DNA from: Ruditapes philippinarum
Lineage: Eukaryota
NCBI RefSeq assembly: GCF_026571515.1
Contig: NW_026862875.1
Coordinates: forward strand, 248,001-312,000
Direction of reading: 5' to 3'
DNA length: 64,000 nucleotides
This document shows, piece by piece, positions 53,700 to 64,000 of this stretch. Below the pieces are notes generated by a model that made no database searches, had not been told where the DNA came from, and worked only from the letters and a program-made list of their open reading frames with translations. Numbering within the stretch: the stretch's first letter is position 1; every line of letters starts with the position of its first letter. The position numbers and the translations under genes were made by a program.

Positions 53700-56600
53700 C
53701 TGTATTATCTTGCATTTGGTAGCACTGGTCAAGACTTGACACCGCCGTAGGGGTAGGCGTTTGTTGTGTGACGAAGACGGTAGGCGCAGCTGTTGGTTGA
53801 ACTTGTTCCCACCAGTTTGATATCATGTCTGAGGGAAGGACCCGACTTTGGCCCTGGTTCCAGTAGAAGTTTGTTGATGGTTGAGTTTGGAGACTACCGA
53901 TCGAAGTGGGAACAGCAACTGTTACCGGTGGGAGTGTTGTTGGTTGGACATCTCCTGTTTTCCAAAATGTTTGAATTATACTTGTAACAGGTAATCGAGG
54001 TGTTATTGTAGTTTGGCTCTGAATCATGGGAGTAGCAGGGCTTGGTTTAGATTCATCATAAACTGTCTTTACATCTTGTTTGTTTTGTAAAGCAATTACT
54101 GGGGGTTGTAAAGTACCAAGAGGCAACACAGTCCGACTTGTTGTTGTATCAAAGCCTTTTGAAACTAGGTTATACTTTGTTGAAGGTTTAATAAGCAATG
54201 GCTCTGTTACTTTTTCAGGCTGTGTGGCGATACTAAAATTTCCAGGTTTTTGTAAACCTCCCTTTGTGTTAAATATTTTAAATATTTCTAAAGGTCCTTG
54301 ACTATTCGTTTTAACTTTTGATGAAGGGTTTTCCGTTCTCAATATGAAAGGTTTAGGTGTCGAAGTACTAAATGATGCAATATATGTTTTTGTTGAAGGT
54401 TTCGCCGTTTTAATTTTGTATGGTTTTACCGTTGAAGGGTTCCATTGTGGAGTTTGTGTTTTTGGTGTAGTTTCTTGCGTTTTAACATTTCCAGCTTTCG
54501 GTTTAACTGTTGTATGGATATTATAAGATATAAAAGCCTTTGTTGTAGGTTTATCATCTGATTCTACAGCAAGTTTGCCATTAGGATCTACAATTGAATC
54601 TGTTGGTACTCTTGACCTAACTTCGCGCGTCGGTCGAATTTGTGGAGTTGAAGGCATTATTCTACCAAAACTACTTGAAGGAAGTAGAAAAGGTGTAGTG
54701 AATGTGCCCACCCCAAAATTCTCCATGTGTTGATTTACTGCAGTATTTTGTACGTGTATATCAGGACTTAGGGGGTCGTATATGTTATTGAGTATGTCTT
54801 GGTTTGGGTTGAATGGTGACACAGTGGCTACATGGGTGACTGGCATACCTCCGGCTCCAAACATTGCATCCCAGGAAAATGCACTTGTTGTTGGATTAAA
54901 CCAAGAATTGTCAATCAAGGATGGTTGAGTTGTGTAACCAAACAAGTTGTCTAACGAGAACGGAGACAATGTGGTTTGCTGCCACCATGGAGAAATAGTA
55001 GCAGTATTACCGGGAATATGTGGAACAGTTGCAGGCTGTACAACATTAGACTGTTTTACTGGCTGCGGAATAACAGGAGGCTTATTTACAGAAGATGGCG
55101 TTGTGATTTCAGGTTTTCTAACCTGAGGTAGATTAAACAGAGGCTGTATACTTTGATGTCGAACTTTCGGAGTTTGTAAATGTTTAGATTCTAAATCCTG
55201 TGATCGAATATTTTGAGATGGTACATTTTGAGATTGTAAAATTTGTGGATAGTGCTCGATATGTGTCCTCGTTGTTGGTTGAATGGAAAAAATTGGTGAC
55301 TTTGTTGTTGGTTGCATACGAAAGCCTTCTGTCCTTTTTGTCGTTGGTGGTTGCACAGCAAATGTGGGACTTTTTGTTGCTTGTATACCAAAGCCAGAAC
55401 TTTCCGTTTTAGTATTGTGTACCATATTTGTTCCTGCTCGAGCCAGATTTAATTCTTTCATTACTAGTTTTGATCGTGCATTTGATGAGTCTAATGCTTT
55501 CCTAACAAGAGCGTTCAACTTTCCTAACATTATTCTTACTTCATTTTCGGGATTAATTTGTAAGGATGAGGTTGCCACTCTATCTTTTAATGTTCCCATC
55601 ACTTTACTTTGCTTCTTAACAATGGAAACAGCAATACTATCGTCTCTATTTACTGCCGGTGTATTGTTACTTTGAATATCTTTATTATTTGAGTTATTAT
55701 ATGTTTCAAAGCCAAGTATACTGGTTTCACGCAACGTGTAACCAGAATCTGATTTGTCTGGTAGAGATTCCTTTGTTTCAATTACATCATAATTCAATCT
55801 TTCTTTTTCTTTCTCTTTCATTTTTGTCTCTAGACTAGGATAAATAAAATCGGAACTCGTTAAATTTCCAGATAGCAGAGACACATTCGAATTTGAGTAA
55901 TTTGCAAGCAACTTTCCAACAAGCATATTGACCTCAGAAATATCCGATTTTAAAGTAGGTTCCGATACATTTGAACTTATATCATTGCCGTTATCATTCT
56001 TTAAAACGTTCTTTACAAATTCTGACGTTTTTACATATGTTTGACCGTTATCATCCGCATTTTCATATTTAGGTCCCTGCAGTCCCCTGAATTTATTCCA
56101 ATTAAGTAATGAATCGTCATTTGTAAAGCTCACATTCATATTATCGCTCAGCAGTTCCCTTTCCCGAGCAGTTGATATCACTTTCTTTGGAAGAGGAGCA
56201 GGTGTCTCTGATTCGGTAACTGTCTTTGCATATTCCGTTGAAATTGTTACACCAAAATCTGCGGTAGCCAAAAACAAGGGTAGATCTGTTGTAACCGACA
56301 TAATGTCAGAACTATTTGGTGATGTCATCTTTTTATCTAAGTGTTTATTTGATTGATTAAAATTTGCATATATTGTTGAATTTGTTTCTAATGGCAAATT
56401 TGGTGTTGTCGTCGTAGATGTTTTGATTTTTTGCGTTGACACTTCAGTTATATTTGTAACATTTGAATGTACGTTTTCTCTTAAGGTTTCAGTTTCAACA
56501 TTTACGTTAACACTTATTTCACCACTTCCTGTTACAAAACTTGAATTATTTGTTTCGTTTCCAGTAATGGTGTAATGCAATGGTGTCATATCTTCTACAA

Positions 56601-57587
56601 ATGATACATTTTCAGAATTATTTCTATCAGAAGTAGTTTTGTGATATGCTGCCGAAGTAGTTGTATCGGAGTCATTTAAAGTGGATATTCGCGGTGCAAT
56701 CGGAGTAACAATTTCTTGTTGGTTTAGCTTGGTAACAATTTGTTGGTGAGGTGTTGTAAAAAACACAGTTTGTTTTACAGTTCCTGGAGTAACTGTGTCC
56801 GTAGTGCTAGTTAGTTCATCGTTTGTTGTCATCTCTTCAGAGGTTGCTGGCTCTGTGGTCATTGTAGTTGTTTGATCTCTCATTTCAGTAGTTGTTTTGT
56901 TTTGCATTAGTGTTGTTATCTTACCTTTACTTTTTGTTGCTATTTCGTGTAATGTTGTAGTAGTAATTATGCCTTTATTTTCGCTCTTTGCTGCTTCCAT
57001 TATTGCACTTGTAGCTTGCTTTAAACTCTCAGTTGTGGCTTCTTCTTTTCCATTTATAGTATCCTGTGCATTAGAGATTGATGTTGTTTGGTCTACAAAT
57101 CCAGTTGTTGAAGTTTGATAAGGAATATTTGTTGAAGGGTGGTCTTTAGTCATCGGTGATTCTGTTATTGGTGGAACGGCTGTGCGTCGCCATGGTGGCG
57201 TTTGAGAAGGCTTATATACAGGTGTCGTTGTTTTGTACACCTTTACCCATTGTTTCGTAGGAGGAGTAATGGTATACACCTCCCCTCTTTCCTCGGCTCT
57301 CAGTTTATTTAGAAGCATCTTCCAAATTGGCATTTCTGTGGTTGTTGTTGTTGGCTTTGTAGTGATTCCAAGGCTTTCTTTTAATTTTATCAAAAGTTGC
57401 AACCAAGCAGGAGTTTCTGTGGTTGTGATCGGGGAGGAGGTAACCGGTTCGAAACAGTTACGATCTGGGAAACGGTAACTAAGTTCCACCTTTTCACGTC
57501 TAAGTTGTGCCTTTAAAACCGCTAGTATTGTTGGAACGAAAACGGGTGGCTTTTCATATGACAGTAATCTTTTATCTGTTTCGTTGC
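53700..57587 (-). CDS. Protein B, 3888-nt mucin-like exon
   Basis: ctttcAG acceptor (exon starts 57587) and donor G|GTACTA, phase 1-1. Uninterrupted Thr/Pro/Ser-rich frame (ORF 53677..57489, whose GTG start is not the true start); many N-x-S/T sequons. Confidence 0.9.
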
Positions 57588-57645
57588 CTGAAAGTGAAAA
57601 ACAAGATTATAACAATATGTATAATGTAAGTATGGCTATTTAAAG

Positions 57646-57803
57646 TTTGTTTGTTTGTTTGTTACGTCACACCAACACAGTATAGGTCATACAACGTTCC
57701 AGCTTACCGGCGGAGGAGGACTTCAGGTGCCCTTCCGTGCATTATTTCAGGTACTAACGGGCAACTGGGTAGAACCACCGACGTTCCGTAAGCTTGGTGG
57801 ATG
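57646..57803 (-). mobile_element. SINE 3' fragment with (AAAC)n tail
   Basis: Minus strand reads GCTTACGGAACGTCGGTGGTTCTACCCAG...GAAATAATGCACGGAAGGGCACCTG...GTGTTGGTGTGACGTAAC(AAAC)n. A related copy lies at 2250-2420. Confidence 0.6.
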
Positions 57804-58434
57804 TCTTTTAATAAGTAATAATGCGTTATTATATAGAAGATATAGTAAGTTCCAAACGTGTTTGACCGGATGTATTGTGAATTAGATTTTCGGCAAAATA
57901 TATTGAAATATATTACAAAATAAAAAATAATCAACAATCAACTGTGTAATGTTTTCTGATACATATGGACTCAAATTGCATGGTATCGATTCATTTATGT
58001 GGATATCAAGATATAAATTGTAAACTGTACGGGTACACAAAATGATCATATTAGTTTGTTTTTTCATTTATCCAAAACAAAATATATGCATATCAAAGCT
58101 GTAATACTATTCTACGGTAATAAATCATTTTATTTTAGAATGTAACGAAATATACAACTGTACATGTAGATGATATAAGAAATAAATTTTTAGTTGAAAA
58201 TTAATGAACAAACTCGTAGTGATAAGAGTTATGCATATGATGAAAGCTTATATCATTGAACAACTATACGTCGTTATATGTTCCATGTAAAGGTTGTTAA
58301 CTTTTTTATATATTCATCAATTTCAATAGCAATTTTCAAAGGTGGAAAAACCAAGCATTTACACATTTGTTATATACACATATCAATCCCTTCTTCTAGA
58401 TCTAAGCAACATGAAAGTATAAAACAATACTTAC

Positions 58435-58539
58435 TACACCCAAGTTCGTCAGACAAATCATAACATGTTGGTTTACCATCACATCTTACACAGTCAATTG
58501 GACAAAGCTCATTTTGGCAACAGTGGTATTCAGATGACA
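58435..58539 (-). CDS. Protein B, atypical LDLa exon (upstream exons not found in window)
   Basis: ttttatttAG acceptor, xSSEYHCCQNELCPIDCVRCDGKPTCYDLSDELGC(S), donor GTAAGT. Phase 1-1, 105 nt. CDG..C.D.SDE..C is the LDLa C-terminal signature. Joins in frame to 57587. Confidence 0.85.
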
Positions 58540-58636
58540 CTAAAATAAAATGTCAAAATTAAGTTGGAAATAATCAGCAACATTTTATTCACTATATAAT
58601 CTATTATCTTCAAAATACAAAGACGATATTCAAGTT

Positions 58637-59965
58637 TTTATGCCCCCCTTCGAAGAAGAGGGGGTATATTGTTTTGCTAGTGTCGGTCTGTCTGTCTGTC
58701 GGTCCGTCGGTCTGTCGGTCTGTCCGTCGGTAGACCACATGGTTTCCGCTGATTATCTTGAAAAGTCTTTATTACAAAGTCTTCATATTTCACATAGTGA
58801 TTGGTCATAACTAGTAGATGACCCCTATTGATTTTGGGGTCACTAGGTCAAAGGTCAAGGTCACAGGGGCCTTAAATGTCAAAATGGTTTCCGCTGATTA
58901 TCTTGAAAAGTATTCATCACAAAGTCTTCATATTTCACATAGTTATTGGTCATAACTAGTAGATGACCCCTATTGATTTTGGGGTCACTAGGTCAAAGGT
59001 CAAGGTCACAGGGACCTAAAATGTCAAAATGGTTTGCGCTGATTATCTTGAAAAGTATTCATCACAAAGTCTTCATATTTCACATAGTGATTGGTCATAA
59101 CTAGTAGATGACCCCTATTGATTTTGGGGTCACTAGGTCAAAGGTCAAGGTCACAGGGGCCTTAAATGTCAAAATGGTTTCCGCTGATTATCTTGAAAAG
59201 TATTCATCACAAAGTCTTCATATTTCACATAGTGATTGGTCATAACTAGTAGATGACCCCTATTGATTTTGGGGTCACTAGGTCAAAGGTCAAGGTCACA
59301 GGGGCCTTAAATGTCAAAATGGTTTCCGCTGATTATCTTGAAAAGTATTCATCACAAAGTCTTCATATTTCACATAGTGATTGGTCATATCTAGTAGATG
59401 ACCCCTATTGATTTTGGGGTCACTAGGTCCAAGGTCAAGGTCACAGGGGCCTTAAATGTCAAAATGGTTTCCGCTGATTATCTTGAAAAGTATTCATCAC
59501 AAAGTCTTCATATTTTACTAGATCAAAGGTCACAGGGGCCTTAAGTGTCAGAATGGTTTCTGCATATTATCTTGAAGATTTTTTATCACAAGTAAGTGAA
59601 CCTATTTATTTTGGGGTGAGTAAGTCAAAGATAAAGTTCACAGGGTTCTTGAATGTCAGTTTGGTTTCCGCTTATTATCTTGAAAACTATTTATCACAAA
59701 GTCTTCATATTTGTAGTATTGATTGGTAATACCTATTAGATGACCCCTATCGATTTTGGGTCACTAGTTCAAAGTTCTAGGTCACAGGGGCCTTTAATAT
59801 CTTATTATCTTTTAAACTATTCATCACAAAGTCTTCATTTTTTTCTTTTTTCCATAATTGAACACTTCCATGTACCCAACTTGGCAAGTTTCTGTAACAA
59901 AATTACCAATTATGTGAGTCAATGGCTAGAAAGGGGGGTATATGTGTCGTTCAACATTCTTGTTT
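58637..59965 (+). mobile_element. Helentron-type non-autonomous element with internal 145-bp satellite array
   Basis: TTTTATGCCCCCCTT start inverted to AAGGGGGGTATA near the end; (GTCT/GTCG/GTCC)n microsatellite; units start at 58741, 58886, 59031, 59176, 59321 and 59466 with AGGTCAAAGGTCAAGGTCA boxes; ends CTTGTTTT. Confidence 0.8.
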
Positions 59966-59968
59966 TTC

Positions 59969-60290
59969 TATAAATATAGTATTTATTTTCATCGAGTGGT
60001 ATCAAAATTAATATTTCACGAGTGGCAGTAGCCACGAGTGAAATATTGATAATTTCCATACCGCAAGTGAAATAAATCATGTAAGAAAACTTTAATTTTG
60101 TGTTTATTATATACTTTTCTTCTATTATAACGTTATGATTAGAAAGAATTTACTTATAATTTTGAGCACTGGCTGAATTTAGAAGAATGTAATCCGGCAA
60201 GGCACCAGTGAAAATACGGAAAATATCATTCACTGCACTGAAAAATAAGTTTTTACAGTGAAAATACAGAAAATGAAAATACGGAATATA
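59969..60290 (+). mobile_element. Truncated hairpin-ended (Crypton-like) element
   Basis: Hairpin AATATTTCACGAGTGGCAGTAGCCACGAGTGAAATATT, homologous to 11420-11460; CAGTGAAAAT repeats downstream. Confidence 0.5.
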
Positions 60291-60799
60291 TGACAGCTAA
60301 CCACAAAGATATCAGTCAATGTTCAAAAGGGTATACAGTAAAGCTTTATTTCATGGATCCCGAATGATGTTATCTATATGCAATATTCTTACAGTGCTTT
60401 CTCGAAAAAGCTGTTATATATAATGTATATGTTATATAACAAACATGGATATTGTACATAAACAAAATAAATAGTCCATGAACAAAATATTATGTTGCTA
60501 TTTTAGTAGTGACTTAACTGTTAAGCAATAATTTACAGTATGCGCTATTCGCTCTTGTTGAAATATACAAACACTTAACTTTCTTAAAAGCAGTTTGGAA
60601 TTACATATTTTCTTTTTTCAGAACAAAAAATAATGAGCTACTGCCACCAGATGCACATGTATAGATTTATGCGCTTCTTGTTAATAAAGCGTCTGTTTAG
60701 CGTCCCATTATTGCTACCGGTATCTTGCATTTTGACTAACATAAGAAAGTACGTATTTAAAGAGAAAATCGCGATGCAAAGACGCTAAACACTGTACAA

Positions 60800-61971
60800 T
60801 ATATAGAGGATATTTGTTTGTGTGTGTGTCAGATGAAATTTTATTTCATTGAGTGGGCTTTAAAACAGTATTCTCGCCCGTGGCCACGCCACTCGTGAGA
60901 ATACTGTTTTTAAAGTTCTCGAGATGAAATGATATTACATCTTACACAACAAACAAACATTTTTTTTTTATTTTATGCTTAAAATCAAGTTAAAACGAAA
61001 TTTCCTTAATATAAACGTTAATATTAAAATCTGTTTTCCCCATTGAGAGCCTCATTTAGTCGAATTTCTCATTACATACAAGCGGTCTTTTGTTAAATAA
61101 TAAGTTCGACAATCAACGTTAAATGGTGGTGATATTATTCATTTTATTAAAAAATATATGAATGATTGCTTGTTTTAATAATAAAAACAAACGATTCCAG
61201 TAGGAGAAAAAGTCCAACCATCCATCCATATTCTGTTACTTATCGCGAATTTATATTAGACCTGGCTTTGTTAAATGTAAGCGGCCGCCATTCTCAAAAG
61301 TTGTGTATTTAACGGGAAGAAAATAATTGTGTTTGATTCAGAGGGATATCATTTGGATTTGTTAGTCATACACCTTTTTGAAAGATAAAAAACTTATATG
61401 AGGATTGTAACAGACAATAAATAAGTGTTGACAGAAGTGTAAACATTCAAAAAGCGGCTTGGAAATTGGAAAACTTGGAAAGTTGAATGGTGCCTAACGA
61501 ACGCTGGGTTATTGACTTATTCTTCGGGCTGATGGCTGTCATTGCTTTTCAAGTTTTCATGAAACATACGGCAGTTATTGCTTGTAGGATACTTAAATAT
61601 GCCCAAATGTCATCAAGAGCAGTTTTGCATGTGGAAGGAATGTATTTTTCAGACTGTAAAAATGAAACAAAAAAATTAAGAGACGATATTTGGTGATTGG
61701 TAATTGTATTTTGAATGAAAAGAAGTAAGTTTTCTTCTTTTTATTACTTTGACAAGTTATTGATCAATTTCAGCTTTGCTTTTCTCTGAATAGCCTGACA
61801 TTATCAGAATTGTCAGCAAAAATAAAATTGAAGTACCGCATGGGGAAAATCATAAGAAAGTAGTTTCGTCATTGAATAGTGTGAAATTATATTTTGATAA
61901 TTTTCACTGTGAAATTATCGAATATAATTTTCAGGGATAAATCAGTAATCCACTGAAAAGCATAAAATAAA
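60800..61971 (+). mobile_element. Non-autonomous hairpin-ended DNA element (Crypton-like), ~1.17 kb
   Basis: Starts ATATAGAGGATATTTGTTT; hairpin centred on GTGGCCACGCCACTCGTG; ends CCACTGAAAAGCATAAAATAAA. Both ends match the reverse complement of 11125-11524. Confidence 0.6.
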
Positions 61972-62332
61972 ACGATGTTATTCAATAGGAAGGATCGTAC
62001 ATTTGAAAGTTCACATCATCTTATCATATTTACAATCCAGGCACCTTTTTTCACATCACAATTTTTTGACAGAACTTTGTTGCTTCATTTACAATAGGGA
62101 TTTGATGTGGATTTTGAACTCTCAAAAAATAAAAACGAGTCTAGATGGGGTGACATATGGGGATTTGATATGAAATATGAACCTTTTTGGACTTTAAAAA
62201 TGAAAATGATAAAGGATGTCATATAGATTCGATATGAACATTTTAGGACTCTGGGAATGAAAAAGAGGCTAAACTGATGACATTGCATTCATTAGTGATT
62301 TCTATTGGAACATCACAGGTGGCAAAAACTTG

Positions 62333-62553
62333 AGCCCTAATATACGAGACTTGCCGTTTTATATACGGAGAGACTTGCGTCCTAATATACGGATAGACTT
62401 GCTGTTTAATATACGAAGAGATTTGCGTCCTAAATATACGGAGGGCATTGCGTCCTAATAAATGTCCTAATATACGGAGAGACGTGTGTCCTAAGAAGAA
62501 TTATAGAAAAAAAAATCGTCCTAATAAAATTATATAAAGAGATAGGCGTCCTT
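62333..62553. repeat. Degenerate ~24-bp minisatellite (CGTCCTAATATACGGAGAGACTTG)
   Basis: About seven imperfect head-to-tail copies. Confidence 0.75.
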
Positions 62554-64000
62554 AAAATAAATATACAAATAGATTCACTTTTATGGTAGAGCATTTTAAA
62601 ATTCATTTTTGCAACCTGGTATTTAAGAAGTCAAGAAGACCTTTTTCTTCGTATTTAAATACATCAAATGAAAAGATTGTTAAAGAAATATTTAAAAAAA
62701 TGTTTGAGTGCTTTGTTAAACAAATATTCGATTACAACATTTTTATGCACCAAGATTTTCAACTTTAGTTTATCATAGTTATTAAATCATAACATGTGTT
62801 TTATGTTGGTGGGAATGTTTCAACCTTTCTTTCCCCAAAAATGTTTGCGAAAAAACGTTTGCTTGTTACGAAACAAGAAAAAAGGTAACATTTGGTTTAC
62901 ATAAATATCAAAACTATTTTTGTCCGACTAAAGCATATGGTATACTTAGAAGTTAAGTCAATTAATTATTAATACAATCATCAAACAAGCCAAAAGCATG
63001 AAATAATGCATGGACTTATATGAATTATTTCTTTATACAGGTGTTTATAATTTTGTTCGATCTAAATATATCACTGTAACAAGTTCATTAGATGTCCGAG
63101 GATAAGTTCAAACATTGTTAAGGATGATTTATGTTTTTCTCCCTCATAAACTAGTACACCTATATAAAACAGTCTCCTCGTCTCAAAAGTAAAGAAAGAA
63201 TCTAAAAATAAAACATCCGTAAACAAAACAAAACAGTTTATTGCTTTTTATTGTAGTTTCTAGTCTTTTTTAACACCTTGTCAAGAATTATTGCCCTTTG
63301 TTTATTGCCGATCTGTAAATTAAACATATATATTTGAGTTAAAATGCCCCTCCCAGAAACGACAAAACCAGACCAACACTTTGATATATGAAACTAGGGT
63401 CTTCAAATATAATGGTCTGGAAACGCACTAAGTACATGATGTAAACCCTTCTCGCTACAATTAAGCATGTCTCAGTATTAATTGCTATACGCAAATTATG
63501 TAAGTGTTCAAGAAAGGGGCGAAAATTAAATACAAGAGCAAAATTCAAAATTATAACATGAGGGACTTTAAAAGCCTTTAAACTTGTAGAAAAAGATCAA
63601 TATTTCAGAAGATAATGTTTTTTCGAGCCATGCTCTGTTAAAAACTTAGATTGCTTATTCAGAGTATTTGCCGACAAACGGCGCCATTTTGATCAGTCAC
63701 CAAATTAACCATCAAATATTTGTAAATAACATATTATAAAATCTTTACATGATACCATTAAATAGATAAATAAAGCTAATGAAACTCGGACATATTTTCA
63801 AATATGAGCAGAAGATTTTTACCTTTATAACGGCAACGAAAAAATGCCAAATTTCATTGTAAAATTAATACTTTTTAAATTAAAAACTGATAATGTAATG
63901 TAGCCAGTACTAGTTTTTGTAATTTTTTGATCGATTTACAAAAACAACATTATCTTTTAACTTGATTTTTGAACGCTGATATCACGGTTGATAGATAACC

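Noticed and set aside
53793-57478. Plus-strand ORFs antisense to the mucin exon (likewise 13991-14520 antisense to Uncx)
   Set aside because: Shadow ORFs caused by codon bias of the real gene on the other strand.
61480-61653. Possible upstream exon of protein B after a good minus-strand acceptor (tttttacAG)
   Set aside because: All three frames hit stops, the needed phase-1 frame immediately, and it lies inside a mobile element.
62333-62553. 24-bp periodic repeat as CRISPR or iteron array
   Set aside because: Head-to-tail minisatellite without spacers.
63815-63857. Possible signal-peptide exon of protein B (ATGAAATTTGGC...AG|GTAAAA, minus strand)
   Set aside because: In-frame TAA before the donor and too short. 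The true first exon is probably beyond the window.

Overview
AT-rich (~70%) intron-containing animal genomic DNA. The repeat types suggest a bivalve mollusc; this is an inference. Three spliced genes can be rebuilt by hand with in-phase GT-AG junctions. (1) A complete paired-like homeobox gene of the Uncx/Unc-4 family on the minus strand (3 coding exons, 21936->13948, 335 aa, with a C-terminal eh1 motif). (2) A complete secreted protein on the plus strand (5 exons, 30519->47682, 417 aa): signal peptide, two LDL-receptor class A modules, a Thr/Pro mucin linker, a chitin-binding CBM14/peritrophin-A domain and a Thr/Pro tail. (3) A 5'-incomplete convergent paralog on the minus strand (58539->52829, >1380 aa): an atypical LDLa module, one 3.9-kb mucin exon and a CBM14. 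Both CBM14 domains carry the same two extra cysteines. The introns and intergenic DNA hold many non-autonomous elements: a ~2.9-kb near-perfect palindrome in the first coding intron of gene 2, a 258-bp CAC...GTG MITE with bipartite asymmetric ends and a near-perfect 5-bp TSD (Transib/RAG-like architecture), Helentron-type elements with 163-bp and 145-bp satellite arrays, hairpin-ended Crypton-like elements, a Harbinger-like MITE, SINE and LINE fragments, and minisatellites. There is no prokaryotic system, CRISPR array, rRNA or tRNA. Most short ORFs in the supplied track are spurious.
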